A stretch of 64,000 nt of DNA from Mobula hypostoma (lineage: Eukaryota), in assembly GCF_963921235.1 (NCBI RefSeq), contig NC_086108.1, positions 56,794,001 through 56,858,000 of the forward strand, read 5' to 3'. Made by a program: the position numbers and the translations under genes. Numbering within the stretch: the stretch's first letter is position 1; each line of letters opens with the position of its first letter. The notes beneath the pieces are model-generated. The model was not told where the DNA came from, did no database searches, and was given only the letters and a program-made list of their open reading frames with translations. Shown here in pieces: positions 1 through 12,040 of the stretch.

Positions 1-454
1 AGAGCCAATTGTCAAAAAGGCTTCTAGTGCCCTCACAGAGTCTCTTGTATGATCAATTAATTCAGCACAAGAACCTAGAGCCTCTCTGTAAATTGGGTGC
101 CAATCCATAATACATTTGCCACTAAGCCATTCAAAGAAAAATATTATTAATTATTACCTAGAAGCATTATAAGATAATTTGCACACTAGGATACCCAGAA
201 GAGAGCTCCAGTTGCACTGACTTTAAGTTATTAATAACTGTTAGCTTGAGTAAGGATAATTTGATCAGAGTCTATAACTCCTGTGTTGTTTTACAAAACA
301 TAGTTTATTAAATGGAAAGAAATTATCTACTCCAGAAAAAAAATCTATTGTATATTATCTATAACTTTAGCATTCTCTAAAAGGTTTCATAATAATTTAT
401 GGATTTCTGAGTTGCAGATTTTCTCCTCATGTAGGGAGAATAATTAAGTAATAG

Positions 455-1050
455 ATCATGGAGACAAGCTCCCTGGCCCAGCCGGTCAATGCACACCCTC
501 AGCATCCTCCCTGCTGGTCCCTGTTGCTCATGTTTGGCCCATAATCCTTGAAGGCCCTCTCTTCCATGCAGATGTCCAAATGGCTCTTAAATGTTGCAAT
601 TGTACTCGCAAAAGCCTCTTTTAAATCTCCCTTCGTATTTTATATCTGTGCCCTCTAGTTTTGGACTCCCCAACCCTTGGGAAAAGACCTTGACCATGCA
701 CCTTATGCATACCCCTCATGATTTTATAGATTTCTGTTAGGTCACCTCTCATTCTCCTATGCTGTAAGGAATAAAGACTCCGTGTGGACAACCTCTCCCT
801 TTAACTCAGGTCCTCAAGTCTAGTCAGCATCCTCTTCTGTATCCTCCTCAATGTGACAATGTCCATCCTATAACAGGATGACCAAAACTGCCCACAATAC
901 TCAAGTACAAATCCGTAAATCTGTCCAAAATGCATCATCTCACACTTAGCTATGTTGAAATTAATTTGCCATTCCTCAACCATCTCCCTGAATGATCAGA
1001 GTCTATTTGTAATTCATTGTAACTTGCTTCACTATCAACAAGGCCCCCTA
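455..1050 (-). mobile_element. Degraded CR1 LINE 3' fragment
   Basis: Residual RT C-terminal peptides (WQINFNIAKCEMMHFG, LEYCGQFWS) and a CR1-like 3' UTR. Boundaries approximate. Confidence 0.7.
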
Positions 1051-1246
1051 GTAGCAATGATAAAATAGTGGAAATAATTGTCAATTCTACCAGAAAAATC
1101 TTAACCATTTCCTAAAACAGTGATTAACATGTGCATTTCTGTAAAGAAGCCCAGAACAATCATGGTGGGAATGTTATTTGCTGATGTCTTCAAACTGCTT
1201 TTTAATCTAGTAACTACGTGATTTTAGAAATGACTTATTTTTCCAG

Positions 1247-1531
1247 AATCCTGTGCTAACGGGGAAATGCGAGTCAGCCCTGCTTCAGTAATCAGACTTG
1301 GATCCAGCATTAACATAACATGCATTCTAAAAGAATCATCCTACAATGTGTGTGCAACCCAACAACTCTGTATTATTGAAAACAACATCAAGCAGCTGGT
1401 TGCAATACAGATCTCTGCTAATGAAGTTACTGCGCACATACCAAAATTTGAAAACTCCAAGACTAGTTTTGCATGTAAACTACACTGCAACACTGAATAT
1501 TTGATCTGTGGAATTGATGTCAAAGCTGGCT
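1247..1531 (+). CDS. IL12RB2: IL12RB2-like receptor, exon A (Ig-like domain)
   Basis: Acceptor ttttccag, donor gtaagt, phase 1/1. Encodes SCANGEMRVSPASVIRLGSSINITCILK...FACKLHCNTEYLICGIDVKAG, typical of the gp130-family N-terminal Ig domain. Confidence 0.85.
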
Positions 1532-2051
1532 GTAAGTAGCTTTAATTTCACTCATCACCTTGACTAATCACTAAGTTTTTTTAGATTTTTTAAATTGATA
1601 TCAGTATAAATTTGAAAAGTTTTCCATGACAATGGTGTAATGGGAAAGTAAGTCAGTTGCTTTGCCAGACTTCAGTACACAGAGTGCTAGTTCTTGAGCA
1701 TCTGCCTCTTCAGCAGAAGTTGTCAGCAGAAATCACAGGACAAGATCGTCATAGTCTGGTGGAGTCACCTCTTTTCTCTTCCTGCGGCCCCTCTACCTCT
1801 CTTGCTCCCTTGACTTCCCCTTCTTCCACCCTGACTCCCAGATATAATGCTTGAAGGGTTTTTGAATGATTGTTTGATCTGCTTTCTTTTTGCATCGAAA
1901 CTTTTAACCTTTTCTTTATATTTGCAAACACTAATTGAGTTAATAGATATTTTCATTATTTCTCATCCTTCTTTGAGACTTTCTGTTGCTAATTTCATAC
2001 CTGTTTGTTCAGCTTTACTGGCACAAGATAACTTTCATGTCTCTGAAATAG

Positions 2052-5000
2052 AAACATAGAAACATAGAAAATAGGTGCAGGAATAGGCCATACGGCCCTT
2101 CGAGCCTGCACCGCCATTTATTATGATCATGGCTGATCATCCAACTCAGAACCCCGCCCCAGCCTTCCCTCCATACCCCCTGACCCCTGTAGCCACAAGG
2201 GCCATATCTAACTCCCTCTTAAACATAGCCAATGAACTGGCCTCAACAGTTTGCTGTGGCAGAGAATTCCACAGATTCACCACTCTCTGTGTGAAGAAGT
2301 TTTTCCTAATCTCAGTCCTAAAAGGCTTCCCCTCTATCCTCAAACTGTGACCCCTCGTTCTGAACTTCCCCAATATCGGGAACAATCTTCCTGCATCTAG
2401 CCTGTCCAATCCCTTTAGGATCTTATATGTTTCAATCAGATCCCCCCTCAATCTTCTAAATTCCAACGAGTACAAGCCCAGTTCATCCAGTCTTTCTTCA
2501 TATGAAAGTCCTGCCATCCCAGGAATCAATCTGGTGAACCTTCTTTGTACTCCCTCTATGGCAAAGATGTCTTTCCTCAGATTAGGGGACCAAAACTGCA
2601 CACAATACTCCAAGTGTGGTCTCACCAAGGCCTTGTACAACTGCAGTAGTACCTCCCTGCTCCTGTACTCGAATCCTCTCGCTATAAATGCCAGCATACC
2701 ATTCGCTTTTTTCACCGCCTGCTGTACCTGCATGCCCACTTTCAATGACTGGTGTACAATGACACCCAGGTCTCGTTGCACCTCCCCTTTTCCTAATCGG
2801 CCACCAATCAGATAATAATCTGTTTTCCTATTTTTGCCACCAAAGTGGATAACTTCACATTTATCCACATTAAATTGCATCTGCCATGAGTTTGCCCACT
2901 CACCCAACCTATCCAAGTCACCCTGCATCCTCTTAGCATCCTCCTCACTGCTAACACTGCCACCCAGCTTCGTGTCATCCGCAAACTTGGAGATGCTGCA
3001 TTTAATTCCCTCATCCAAGTCATTAATATATATTGTAAACAACTGGGGTCCCAGCACTGAGCCTTGCGGTACCCCACTAAGTCACCGCCTGCCATTCTGA
3101 AAAGGTCCCGTTTATTCCCACTCTTTGCTTCCTGTCTGCTAACCAATTCTCCACCCACACCAATACCTTACCCCCAATACCGTGTGCTTTAAGTTTGCAC
3201 ACTAATCTCCTGTGTGGGACCTTGTCAAAAGCCTTTTGAAAATCCAAATATACCACATCCACTGGTTCTCCCCTATCCACTCTACTAGTTACATCCTCAA
3301 AAAATTCTATGAGATTCGTCAGACATGATTTTCCTTTCACAAATCCATGCTGACTTTGTCCGATCATTTCACCGCTTTCCAAATGTGCTTTTATCACATC
3401 CTTGATAACTGACTCCAGCAGTTTCCCCACCACCGACGTTAGGCTAACCGGTCTATAATTCCCCGGTTTCTCTCTCCCTCCTTTTTTAAAAAGTGGGGTT
3501 ACATTAGCCACCCTCCAATCCTCAGGAACTAGTCCAGAATCTAACGAGTTTTGAAAAATTATCACTAATGCATCCACTATTTCTTGGGCTACTTCCTTAA
3601 GCACTCTAGGATGCAGACCATCTGGCCCTGGGGATTTATCTGCCTTCAATCCCTTCAATTTACCTAACACCACTTCCCTACTAACATGTATTTCACTCAG
3701 TTCCTCCATCTCACTGGACCCTCTGTCCCTTACTATTTCTGGAAGATTATTTATGTCCTCCTTAGTGAAGACAGAACCAAAGTAATTATTCAATTGGTCT
3801 GCCATGTCCTTGCTCCCCATAATCAATTCACCTGTTTCTGTCTGCAGGGGACCTACATTTGTCTTTACCAGTCTTTTCCTTTTTACATATCTATAAAAGC
3901 TTTTACAGTCCGTTTTTATGTTCTCTGCCAGTTTTCTCTCATAATCTTTTTTCCCCTTCCTAATTAAGCCCTTTGTCCTCCTCTGCTGAACTCTGAATTT
4001 CTCCCAGTCCTCAGGTGAGCCACTTTCTCTGGCTAATTTGTATGCTTCTTCTTTGGAATTGATACTATCCCTAATTTCTCTTGTCAGCCACGGGTGCACT
4101 ACCTTCCTTGATTTATTCTTTTGCCAAACTGGGATGAACAATTGTTGTAGTTCATCCATGCAACCTTTAAATGCTTGCCATTGCATATCCACCGTCAATC
4201 CTTTAAGTGTCATTTGCCAATCTATCTTAGCTAATTCACGTCTCATACCTTCAAAGTTACCCCTCTTTAAGTTCAGAACCTTTGTTTCTGAATTAACTAT
4301 GTCACTCTCCATCTTAATGAAGAATTCCAGCATATTATGGTCACTCTTACCCAAGGGACCACTCACGACAAGATCGCTAATTAACCCTTCCTCATTGCTC
4401 AAAACCCAGTCCAGAATAGCCTGCTCTCTAGTTGGTTCCTCGACATGTTGGTTCAAAAAACCATCCCGCATACATTCCAAGAAATCCTCTTCCTCAGCAC
4501 CTTTACCAATTTGGTTCACCCAGTCTACATGTAGATTGAAGTCACCCATTATAACTGCTGTTCCTTTATTGCACACATTTCTAATTTCCTGTTTAATACC
4601 ATCTCCGACCTCACTACTACTATTAGGTGGCCTGTACACAACTCCCACCAGCGTCTTCTGCCCCTTAGTGTTACGCAGCTCTACCCATATCGATTCCACA
4701 TCTTCCCGGCTTATGTCCTTCCTTTCTATTGCGTTAATCTCTTCTTTAACCAGCAACGCCACCCCACCTCCCCTTCCTTCATGTCTATCCCTCCTGAATA
4801 TTGAATATCCCTGAACGTTGAGCTCCCATCCCTGGTCACCCTGGAGCCATGTCTCTGTGATCCCAACTATATCATAATCATTAATAACAATCTGCACTTT
4901 CAATTCATCCACCTTATTACGAATGCTCCTTGCATTGACACATAAAGCCTTCAGGCGCTCTTTTACAACTCTCTTAGCCCTTGTACAATTATGTTGAAAA

Positions 5001-5356
5001 GTGGCCCTTTTTAATGCTTGCCCTGGATTTGTCGGCCTGCCACTTTTACTTTTCTCCTTTGTACTTTTTGCTTCTACGCTCACTTTACACCCCACTGTCT
5101 CTCTGCACTGGTTCCCATCCCTCTGTTGTGAACTAACCTCCTCACGCCTAGCCTCTTTAATTTGATTCCCACCCCCCAACCATTCTAGTTTAAAGTCACC
5201 TCAGTAGCCCCCGCTAATCTCCCTGCCAGGATATTGGTCCCCCTAGGATTCAAGTGTAACCCGTCCTTTTTGTACAGGTCACGCCTGCGCCAAAAGAGGT
5301 CCCAATGATCCAAAAACTTGAATCCCTGCCCCCTGCTCCAATCCCTCAGCCACGCA
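2052..5356 (-). mobile_element. Young 5'-truncated CR1 LINE: ORF1 C-terminus plus complete ORF2 (APE endonuclease and RT) broken by one 1-nt insertion
   Basis: ORFs 3077-5179 and 2146-3057 (NARS, ITETW, GDFN, SDH, FADD). ORF1 end ...DGLHLNPRGTNILAGRLAGATEVTLN*. (TTTCTATG)n tail. Candidate TSD AAATAG at 2046-2051 and 5356-5361. Confidence 0.95.
5185..5194 (-). other. Slippery heptamer U_UUA_AAC plus ORF1 stop at CR1 ORF1/ORF2 overlap (putative -1 frameshift site)
   Basis: Minus strand ACT TTA AAC TAG in the ORF1 frame. The -1 frame reads TTT AAA CTA GAA TGG into ORF2. The same motif occurs at 31146-31155 and 58675-58684. Confidence 0.7.
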
Positions 5357-5458
5357 AATAGTGTCTAATAGCATAATGCTCTTCTGCAGTTATGATAAAC
5401 ACAATAACGAATTTTAGAAATAACTCTACATCAAAAATTCCAAATTCTATGATTTCAG

Positions 5459-5573
5459 ATCCTCCAGATCCACCCCAAAACCTGAAATGCATTCGGAAGG
5501 GCAGGACTGGTGACATAATTTGTACCTGGGAACCAGGACGTGCCACACACATCAGCACAAAAACTGTTTTGTG
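5459..5573 (+). CDS. IL12RB2: IL12RB2-like exon B (cytokine-binding domain 1, C..CxW)
   Basis: tttcag/gtaagc boundaries, 115 nt. Encodes YPPDPPQNLKCIRKGRTGDIICTWEPGRATHISTKTVLW. Confidence 0.9.
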
Positions 5574-5672
5574 GTAAGCTGTTTCTCCATTGAACATGTA
5601 ACTGAATGCTTAGAGAAAAACAAGAAGACAAAGGAAGCATTGAATCAGGAAAGGTCATTCTGCCTTGAGGTA

Positions 5673-7788
5673 TAAATTGGAAACAGATGTTCTCAGGGAA
5701 ACGTACGGAAGAAATGTGGCAAATGTTCAGGGGATATTTGCATGGGGTTCTGAGTAGGTACATTCCAATGAGACATGGGAAGGATGGTAGGGTACAAGAT
5801 CCATGGTGTACAAAGGCTGTTGTAAATCTAGTCAAGAAGATAAGAAGAGCTTACGAAAGGTTCAAATAACTAGGTAATGATATGAATCTAGAAGATTATA
5901 AAGCTAGCAGAAAGGAGCTTAAGAATGAAATTAGGAGAGCCAGAAGGGGCCATGAGAAAGCCCTTGGCGGACAGGATTAAGGATATCCCCAAGGCATTCT
6001 ACAAGTATGTGAAGAGCAAGAGAATAGGACCAATCAAGTGTGACAGTGGGAAAGTGTGTATGGAACTGGAGGAAATAGCAGAGGTACTTAATGAATACTT
6101 TGCTTCAGTATTCTCTACGGAAAAGGATCTTGGCGATTGTAGGGATGACTTGCAGTGGACTGAAAAGCTTGAGAATGTAGATATTAAGAAAGGGATATGC
6201 TAGTGCTTTTGAAAAGCATCAAGTCGGATAAGTTGCCGGGACCGGATGAGATGTACCCCAGGCTACTGTGGGAGGCGAGTGAGGAGATTGCTGAGCCTCT
6301 GGCAATGATCTTTGCATCATCAATGGGGACGGGAGAGGTTCCGGAGGATTGGAGGGTTGTGGATATTGTTCCATTATTCAAGAAAGGGAGTAGGGATAGC
6401 CCAGGAAATTATAGGCCAGTGAGTCTTACTTCAGTGGTTGGTAGGTTGATGGAGAAGATCCTGAGAGGCAGGATTTATGAACATTTGGAGAGGCATAATA
6501 TGATTAGGAATAGTCAGCATGGCTTTGTCAAAGGCAGGTCATGCCCTACGAGCGTGATTGAATTTTTTGAGGATGTGACTAAACACATTGATGAAGGTAG
6601 AGCCGTAGATGTAGTGTATATGGATTTTAGCAAGGCATTTGATAAGGTAAGCCATGCAAGGCTTATTGAGAAAGTAAAGAGGCATGGGATCCAAGGGGAC
6701 ATCGCTTTGTGGATCCAGAACTGGCTTACCCACAGAAGGCAAAGAGTGGTTGTAGACGGGTCATATTCTGCATGGAGGCCGGTGACCAGTGGTGTGCCTC
6801 TGGGATCTGTTCTGGGACCCCTACACTTTGTGATTTTTATGGATAAGGAAATGGAGGGATGGGTTAGTAAACTTGCTGATGACACAAAGGTTGGGGGTGT
6901 TGTGGATAGAGTGGAGGGCTGTCAGAGGTTACAACGGGACATTGATAGGATGCAAAACTGGGCTGAGAAGTGACAGATGGAGTTCAACCCAGATAAGTGT
7001 GAGGTGGGTTATTTTGGTAGGTCAACTATGATGGCAGAATATAGTATTAATGGAGGACTCTAGGCAGTGTGGAGGATCAGAGGGATCTTGGGTTCCAATT
7101 CCATAGGACACGTAAAACTGCTATGCAGGTCAGCTCTGTGGTTAAGAAGGCAAACGGTGCATTAGCCTTCATCAATTGTTGGATTGAGTTTAAGAGACGA
7201 GAGGTAATGTTGCAGCTGCATAGAACCCTGGTCAGACCCCACTTGGAGTACTCTGCTCAATTCTAGTCACCTCACTAGAGGAAGGACATGGAAACCATAG
7301 AAAGGGTGCAGAGGAGATTTACAAGGATGTTGCCTGGATTGGGGAACATGCCTTATGAGGATAGGTTGAATGAACTCGGCCTTATCTCCTTGGAGCAACG
7401 GAGGTTGAGAGGTGACTTGATAGAGGTGTACAAGATAATGAGAGGCATTGATCGTGTGGATAGTCAGAGGCTTTTTCTCTGGGCTGAAATGGTTAGCACA
7501 AGAGGGCATAGTTTTAAGGCGCTTGGAAGTAGGTACAGAGGAGATGTCAGGGGTAAGTTTTTCACGCAGAGAGTGGTGAGTGTGTGGAATGGGCTGCTGG
7601 CGACGGTGGTGGAGGCGGAAAATGATAGGGTCTTTTAAGAGACTCCTGGATGGGTACATGGAACTTAGAAAAATAGAGGGCTATGGGTAAAGCCTAGGTA
7701 TGAGCTTATAGTTCTAAGGTAGGGACATGTTCGGCACAGCTTTGTGGGCTGAAGGGCCTGTATTGTGCTGTATGTTTTCTATGTTTCT
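5673..7788 (+). mobile_element. 5'-truncated CR1 LINE (RT region, with frameshifts and stops)
   Basis: ORFs 5925-6203, 6197-6973 and 7288-7638 with CR1 RT motifs. Tail ttttctatgtttcta. Confidence 0.93.
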
Positions 7789-8627
7789 ACAAAATGTACA
7801 GAAGTAACCTGCATTGGAAACTAATGTATTGATTTAATTTGCTGAGAAGAAAATATTCCATAAGTTCTCCGAGGTCTGAACTTCTGACATGTCCATGCTT
7901 AAAAACCTGATTTGAGATTTTCTCAAACTTTGCATCTTCTCGGGGTCCCAGTTACCTCCTGCTGGCTGGCCTATTGATGAAAGGATTATGATCTACAGTA
8001 CCCGGGATCAACGAGACACAGGAGGAAACTTCTTGTTCCTTGAGCAAGTGAAAATAATTTCATCTTCTCCTCCCCCTGAACTGCTCTGCATTTTTGCGTA
8101 TGTCATTGCTTCTGTCCCCTCGTAGCACTCACGGGTCTTTATGCTTAGCACACTCTTCAATTCTCCTTTGACAATTTGTGTAAGGAAACACCTACAAAAC
8201 TTATCTTCTTCTCAAACTTGATAGCTTTAAATCAATGAAGTCTTGTCACTATCAAGAACTTCTGTTTCCATCAACAATTAATGTACGACACTATTTATTA
8301 AGTCAGTCTCTGACTGCTGCCTTCCTTCGTGCTGTTCAATGTGCATGTATATTCAGCTATCTAGGCTCCATGTCCGTTTAGAAATGTGGCTACACTTGAA
8401 GCTACACTTTAAATCTTGTGTTTCAGCAGACATCAGTTGTGTGGGTGCAAAACGCTTCAATGAAAATCATTTCTGCAACAGATCTGAGAAATTCTGAAAT
8501 TGAACTCAATTTGGTTATTGCAATGGCTGTTCTTTCTTTTTCTCCATGCATAAATTGAAGGTCTGCATCTTTTGTAATTTCAAACATACAGATATATTTA
8601 AACAATCACAACTGTATTTTTTTTCAG

Positions 8628-8854
8628 GTTCAAAAATGAGTCACACAGTTTTGTTGCCTCAGCTACCTCTGCAGAACCATCAACTGGAAAATGCACAAGA
8701 CACAGAAAGACACGTGACCACCAAGGCTCGGGTTTTGCTTGTGAATTTGCTCACAGTTTTGATCCATTCTCTACCTATATGGCTTGGGTAACTGCCTCAA
8801 ACCAGCTGGGAAATCGATCTTCGGCAGTCATGAACTTCACTCTGGATGAGATTA
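8628..8854 (+). CDS. IL12RB2: IL12RB2-like exon C (cytokine-binding domain 1, C-terminal half)
   Basis: Acceptor ttttttcag. In-frame FKNESHSF...YMAWVTASNQLGNRSSAVMNFTLDEI. Donor gtgtgt is weak but is the only one giving the phase 1 needed by the next exon. Confidence 0.8.
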
Positions 8855-10133
8855 GTGTGTAATAGTTTTTTTTAATTTAAATGTGTACTGTGCACGATGA
8901 ATCATGTTGAGCCCATGGTCTGAGTGACTAGCTCATCAGCATCCTAGAACTTTACCAATACATATCAATATTGCCTAAATATCACATTAATGATCATTTT
9001 CCCTTGAACAAATACCGCAGATAGCTCAACCACTAATATAATTGCCATATTTTCTAGTTAAAGTACGGGCGAATATGTGCAATATTACACACAGTTTAGT
9101 TTGCACATGCTGTGTTATGTTCAACCATTACATAAGTGTAGAAATAAAAGAAGAAGTCATTTGCAACTTGTATGGGAATAATAAATCACCGTACAAAATA
9201 TGTTCAAGTAATGGGTAAGGTTGAAATAGGTCTATTACCAATGCTGGCATTCAGCTTTTTATCAATAAGGTGCGGCAATGAATATGGTAGATGGAATGCT
9301 GAAATAAATAATCAACATAAGACTCAGTTTCTTGATAAGAGGTATTTTTAAAGCTAGAAGCCAGAGTTAAATTTACCACAGACTGAATTCAACTTTGATT
9401 TTGGGCAGGACTTTTCATCTTTAAACACATTTATTTATTTAAAGCGAGGAAGGAGAGTTTGATTCTTGCAGGAGTCTGGTGCTATTGAGAATCAAGCCGA
9501 ATTAGTTTTTCTTTACAAGTTAGACCAGGGTTCCACAAGAGATCGTGATTTTTAAAAAATGTTTTTTCTTACTTTGCACAATCATGATGCTACTGCTTGC
9601 AGTGCTGGGCAGTGACCAAGCAGCCCCATTAGCAATCCTGTTCAAGGTCTGTCAGTCCTGTATGGCACTACACAGGAGGATCATGCTGATATGGTTGAGC
9701 CCATTCTTCGTTTTTGACGCAAATTAGGAGAGGCTGTTGATAATTGATGAGTGCTGTATTGCACAGAGGGAGGACGGTAGGCTGATGAGGAGCATGAAGT
9801 GCTGATTATTTTTAATGACTATTGTAATCGCAAGACAAACAGAATAAAATTTTTGTTAATAAAGTCACAGTTAGTAAAAATATTCATGAAGCAAGTTATT
9901 TAGTAGCAGAACTTACTACCCAGAAAAGGAAAAGTCACACAGTTGGTGAGAACCTAATAGTGCCAGCATGTAAAATTATAGTGGACAAAAAACACTAGGA
10001 CAAGATGCAGTATGAGAAATTGAAAAGGTTTCACTCTCAAATAATACGATAAGTTGACGTATTGATAACATCTCACATGATGCTGAAGAGGTTTTGTGTG
10101 ATTTTTAGGTTTTTAGTAACTTTACTATTCATC

Positions 10134-10397
10134 GGACCTGGCTGGTGGCATAGTGGCATCAGTGCTGGACTTTGGGACAAAAGGTCCCAAGCTCAAATCC
10201 AGCTGGCTCCCCTGCACGCTTTCCATCCGTACTGGGTTACGAGCTGGTGATTTCTTTGGAGACTCACCTGGCAGAAGGCAATGGCAAACCACTGCTGTAA
10301 CTTACCTCGTATGCAGTTCCCCACTACGTCAGAGAGGCGTGGAGGGATCTCATCCGCTAACCAGAGAAACTCCGGATGTGACGTACCTTTCCTTTCC
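10134..10397 (+). mobile_element. tRNA-derived SINE with RTE/BovB-like body
   Basis: A box TGGCATAGTGG (10146-10156), B-box-like GCTCAAATCC (10191-10200), body motif AGAAGGCAATGGCAAACCAC, (CCTTT)n tail, imperfect 11-bp TSD (10123-10133 / 10398-10408). Confidence 0.7.
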
Positions 10398-11629
10398 TAC
10401 CATTCAACTTTGTTAATAAACTTTCATGTGGTAAATAGCATTAATTAAAATCAATTTACAACCTTTATTTAGATTAAATCTATGGAGCCTACCTTTAGAA
10501 AAATAAAATCGCATTTTGGCTTAATCCGGCTATTTAACAGAAATTTATTATGTTTGCCTAATGAATTTTTAAAATTTATGAATGGGAAAGAAAGAGATAA
10601 TTTTAAGAAAGGTATATAAACTAACTATCTGATTTTTTTCAAAAAAGATTGGTAAAAATTCATCCTCTACTCAAAAAAGCATTGACAATTGTTTTTAGAT
10701 TATTATACCTACAACTTGCTGATCATACTAACATTCCGTGAGCTGTAGATATAGTAATTTTTATGCAAGGGTTCCCTGAGAACTGAAAATTATTTCAAGC
10801 ATTGCTCCAGGGCAAAAACCTAGAGAGAGTCTGAGTGAGGTATTTAAAACTGGAGAGGAAAGCAAAGCAAAGCGATAAGTCTTCACTCTCCTACCCTTTA
10901 TTCACATTGACCACATACATTTCAGCTGTGGTTCATGAACATTGAACAGCCAGCATCACCCCTTCTGTTTCATTCAGTCACTCATTAGAGAATCAGCACA
11001 GAAACGACCCCTTTGGCCCATCACATGCATACTGACCCTTTTGCCCATTTACACCAATCCATTTCCCCCCCACATTACGTCCATATACTTCCATGCCTTT
11101 CCTATTGAAGAGCCTTTCTAAATATTTTTTAAAAGTAGAGAGTCATCTCAAACATTTCCTTTCTCTTTACCCCTTCTCTGTGTTTTAAGACATGCTTGAT
11201 TTTTAACCTCTGCTAGTTCTGGGGACTGACATATTAACTCCTTCCTTTTCTGCAGCTGTTGTGTGACCCTCTGAACAGTTTCAGCTTTTTCAATTGTTAG
11301 AGTCCTCAGCTCCTGTTTTTTTTTTGTTCCTTGTTCTTTGAGAGCACAATAACCTGTCATGGGGCAAAAGGAAGAGATTCTGCTTCAGATCAGAATTGAG
11401 TTCATACTGTAAACACTGATCAGTCCCTACACTGAGCCTCTGGACAACGAGTGAGCAACAGGATGTTGTGGTGAACTTGTGGGTCCGGTTGAATGGTTAG
11501 GCTACATTACACCAATTTTCTTGTTCCTTAGCAGCCATCTTGTGGTTATTTGCTTAATAAGACACCAGCTTGTTCAGGAAACCTACGCAGTTTGGGCTGG
11601 TTCCTTTTCAGTATGACAACAGCACTATA

Positions 11630-12040
11630 CTCACTGCTCGTTACGCCGCTGGCATTTAGGGCAGCAGTGGAGGTCCTTCATCTCTGGTGGAGTTTGGGAC
11701 TTCCTTCATCATGTCAGTAGCTTCCTCTTGGTTTTCACTACTGTCGGTCATACAGGTCCAGGAATACCATTTCACTCAGATGTAGAAGGATTCCTCGTTG
11801 CTGTTTCTGTAGCAATTTTGTTTTACCCGTCAGGGTTGTTAGCCCTGAGCTGAAACCCTGAACCTGGAGGACCAATGGACCACTCTTAATATGGCCTCTA
11901 CCCTTTGAACTGTTTGGCATTGGTGACCCTCCCAAGAGCCAAAGCATAAAACCCTGACTCCAGCCAACATGGCTGTCTGGGTCCTTGGGGCACACAAGCC
12001 TCCAAGCCCAATGAGAAGGTCGTGGTCCTCTCAGAGAACC
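11630..12040 (-). mobile_element. Bipartite non-autonomous RTE-clade retroposon (5' UTR joined to 3' end)
   Basis: Perfect 11-bp TSD ACAGCACTATA (11619-11629 / 12041-12051). Minus strand resembles RTE/Rex3/BovB 5' UTR motifs (GGCTTGTGTG..., AGGGTCACC..., GAGTGGTCCA, GGCTAACAACCC). No RT ORF. Confidence 0.7.

Noticed and set aside
4038..4814. Long ORFs antisense to CR1 ORF2 (also 57515-57934, 6514-6885 and others)
   Set aside because: Shadow ORFs of LINE coding sequence, with no independent protein features.
5167..5171. UGGGA resembling calicivirus TURBS motif 1
   Set aside because: It lies downstream of the stop codon. TURBS acts upstream and needs a nearby restart codon.
5180..5184. ATG right after the ORF1 stop (TAG A ATG G) as a reinitiation codon for ORF2
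   Set aside because: It is in the +1 frame, not the ORF2 (-1) frame, and is absent from the other three junctions.
7790..8400. Possible pseudogene or TE relic in non-repeat intron DNA
   Set aside because: No recognisable peptide or terminal structure by eye; a database search would be needed.
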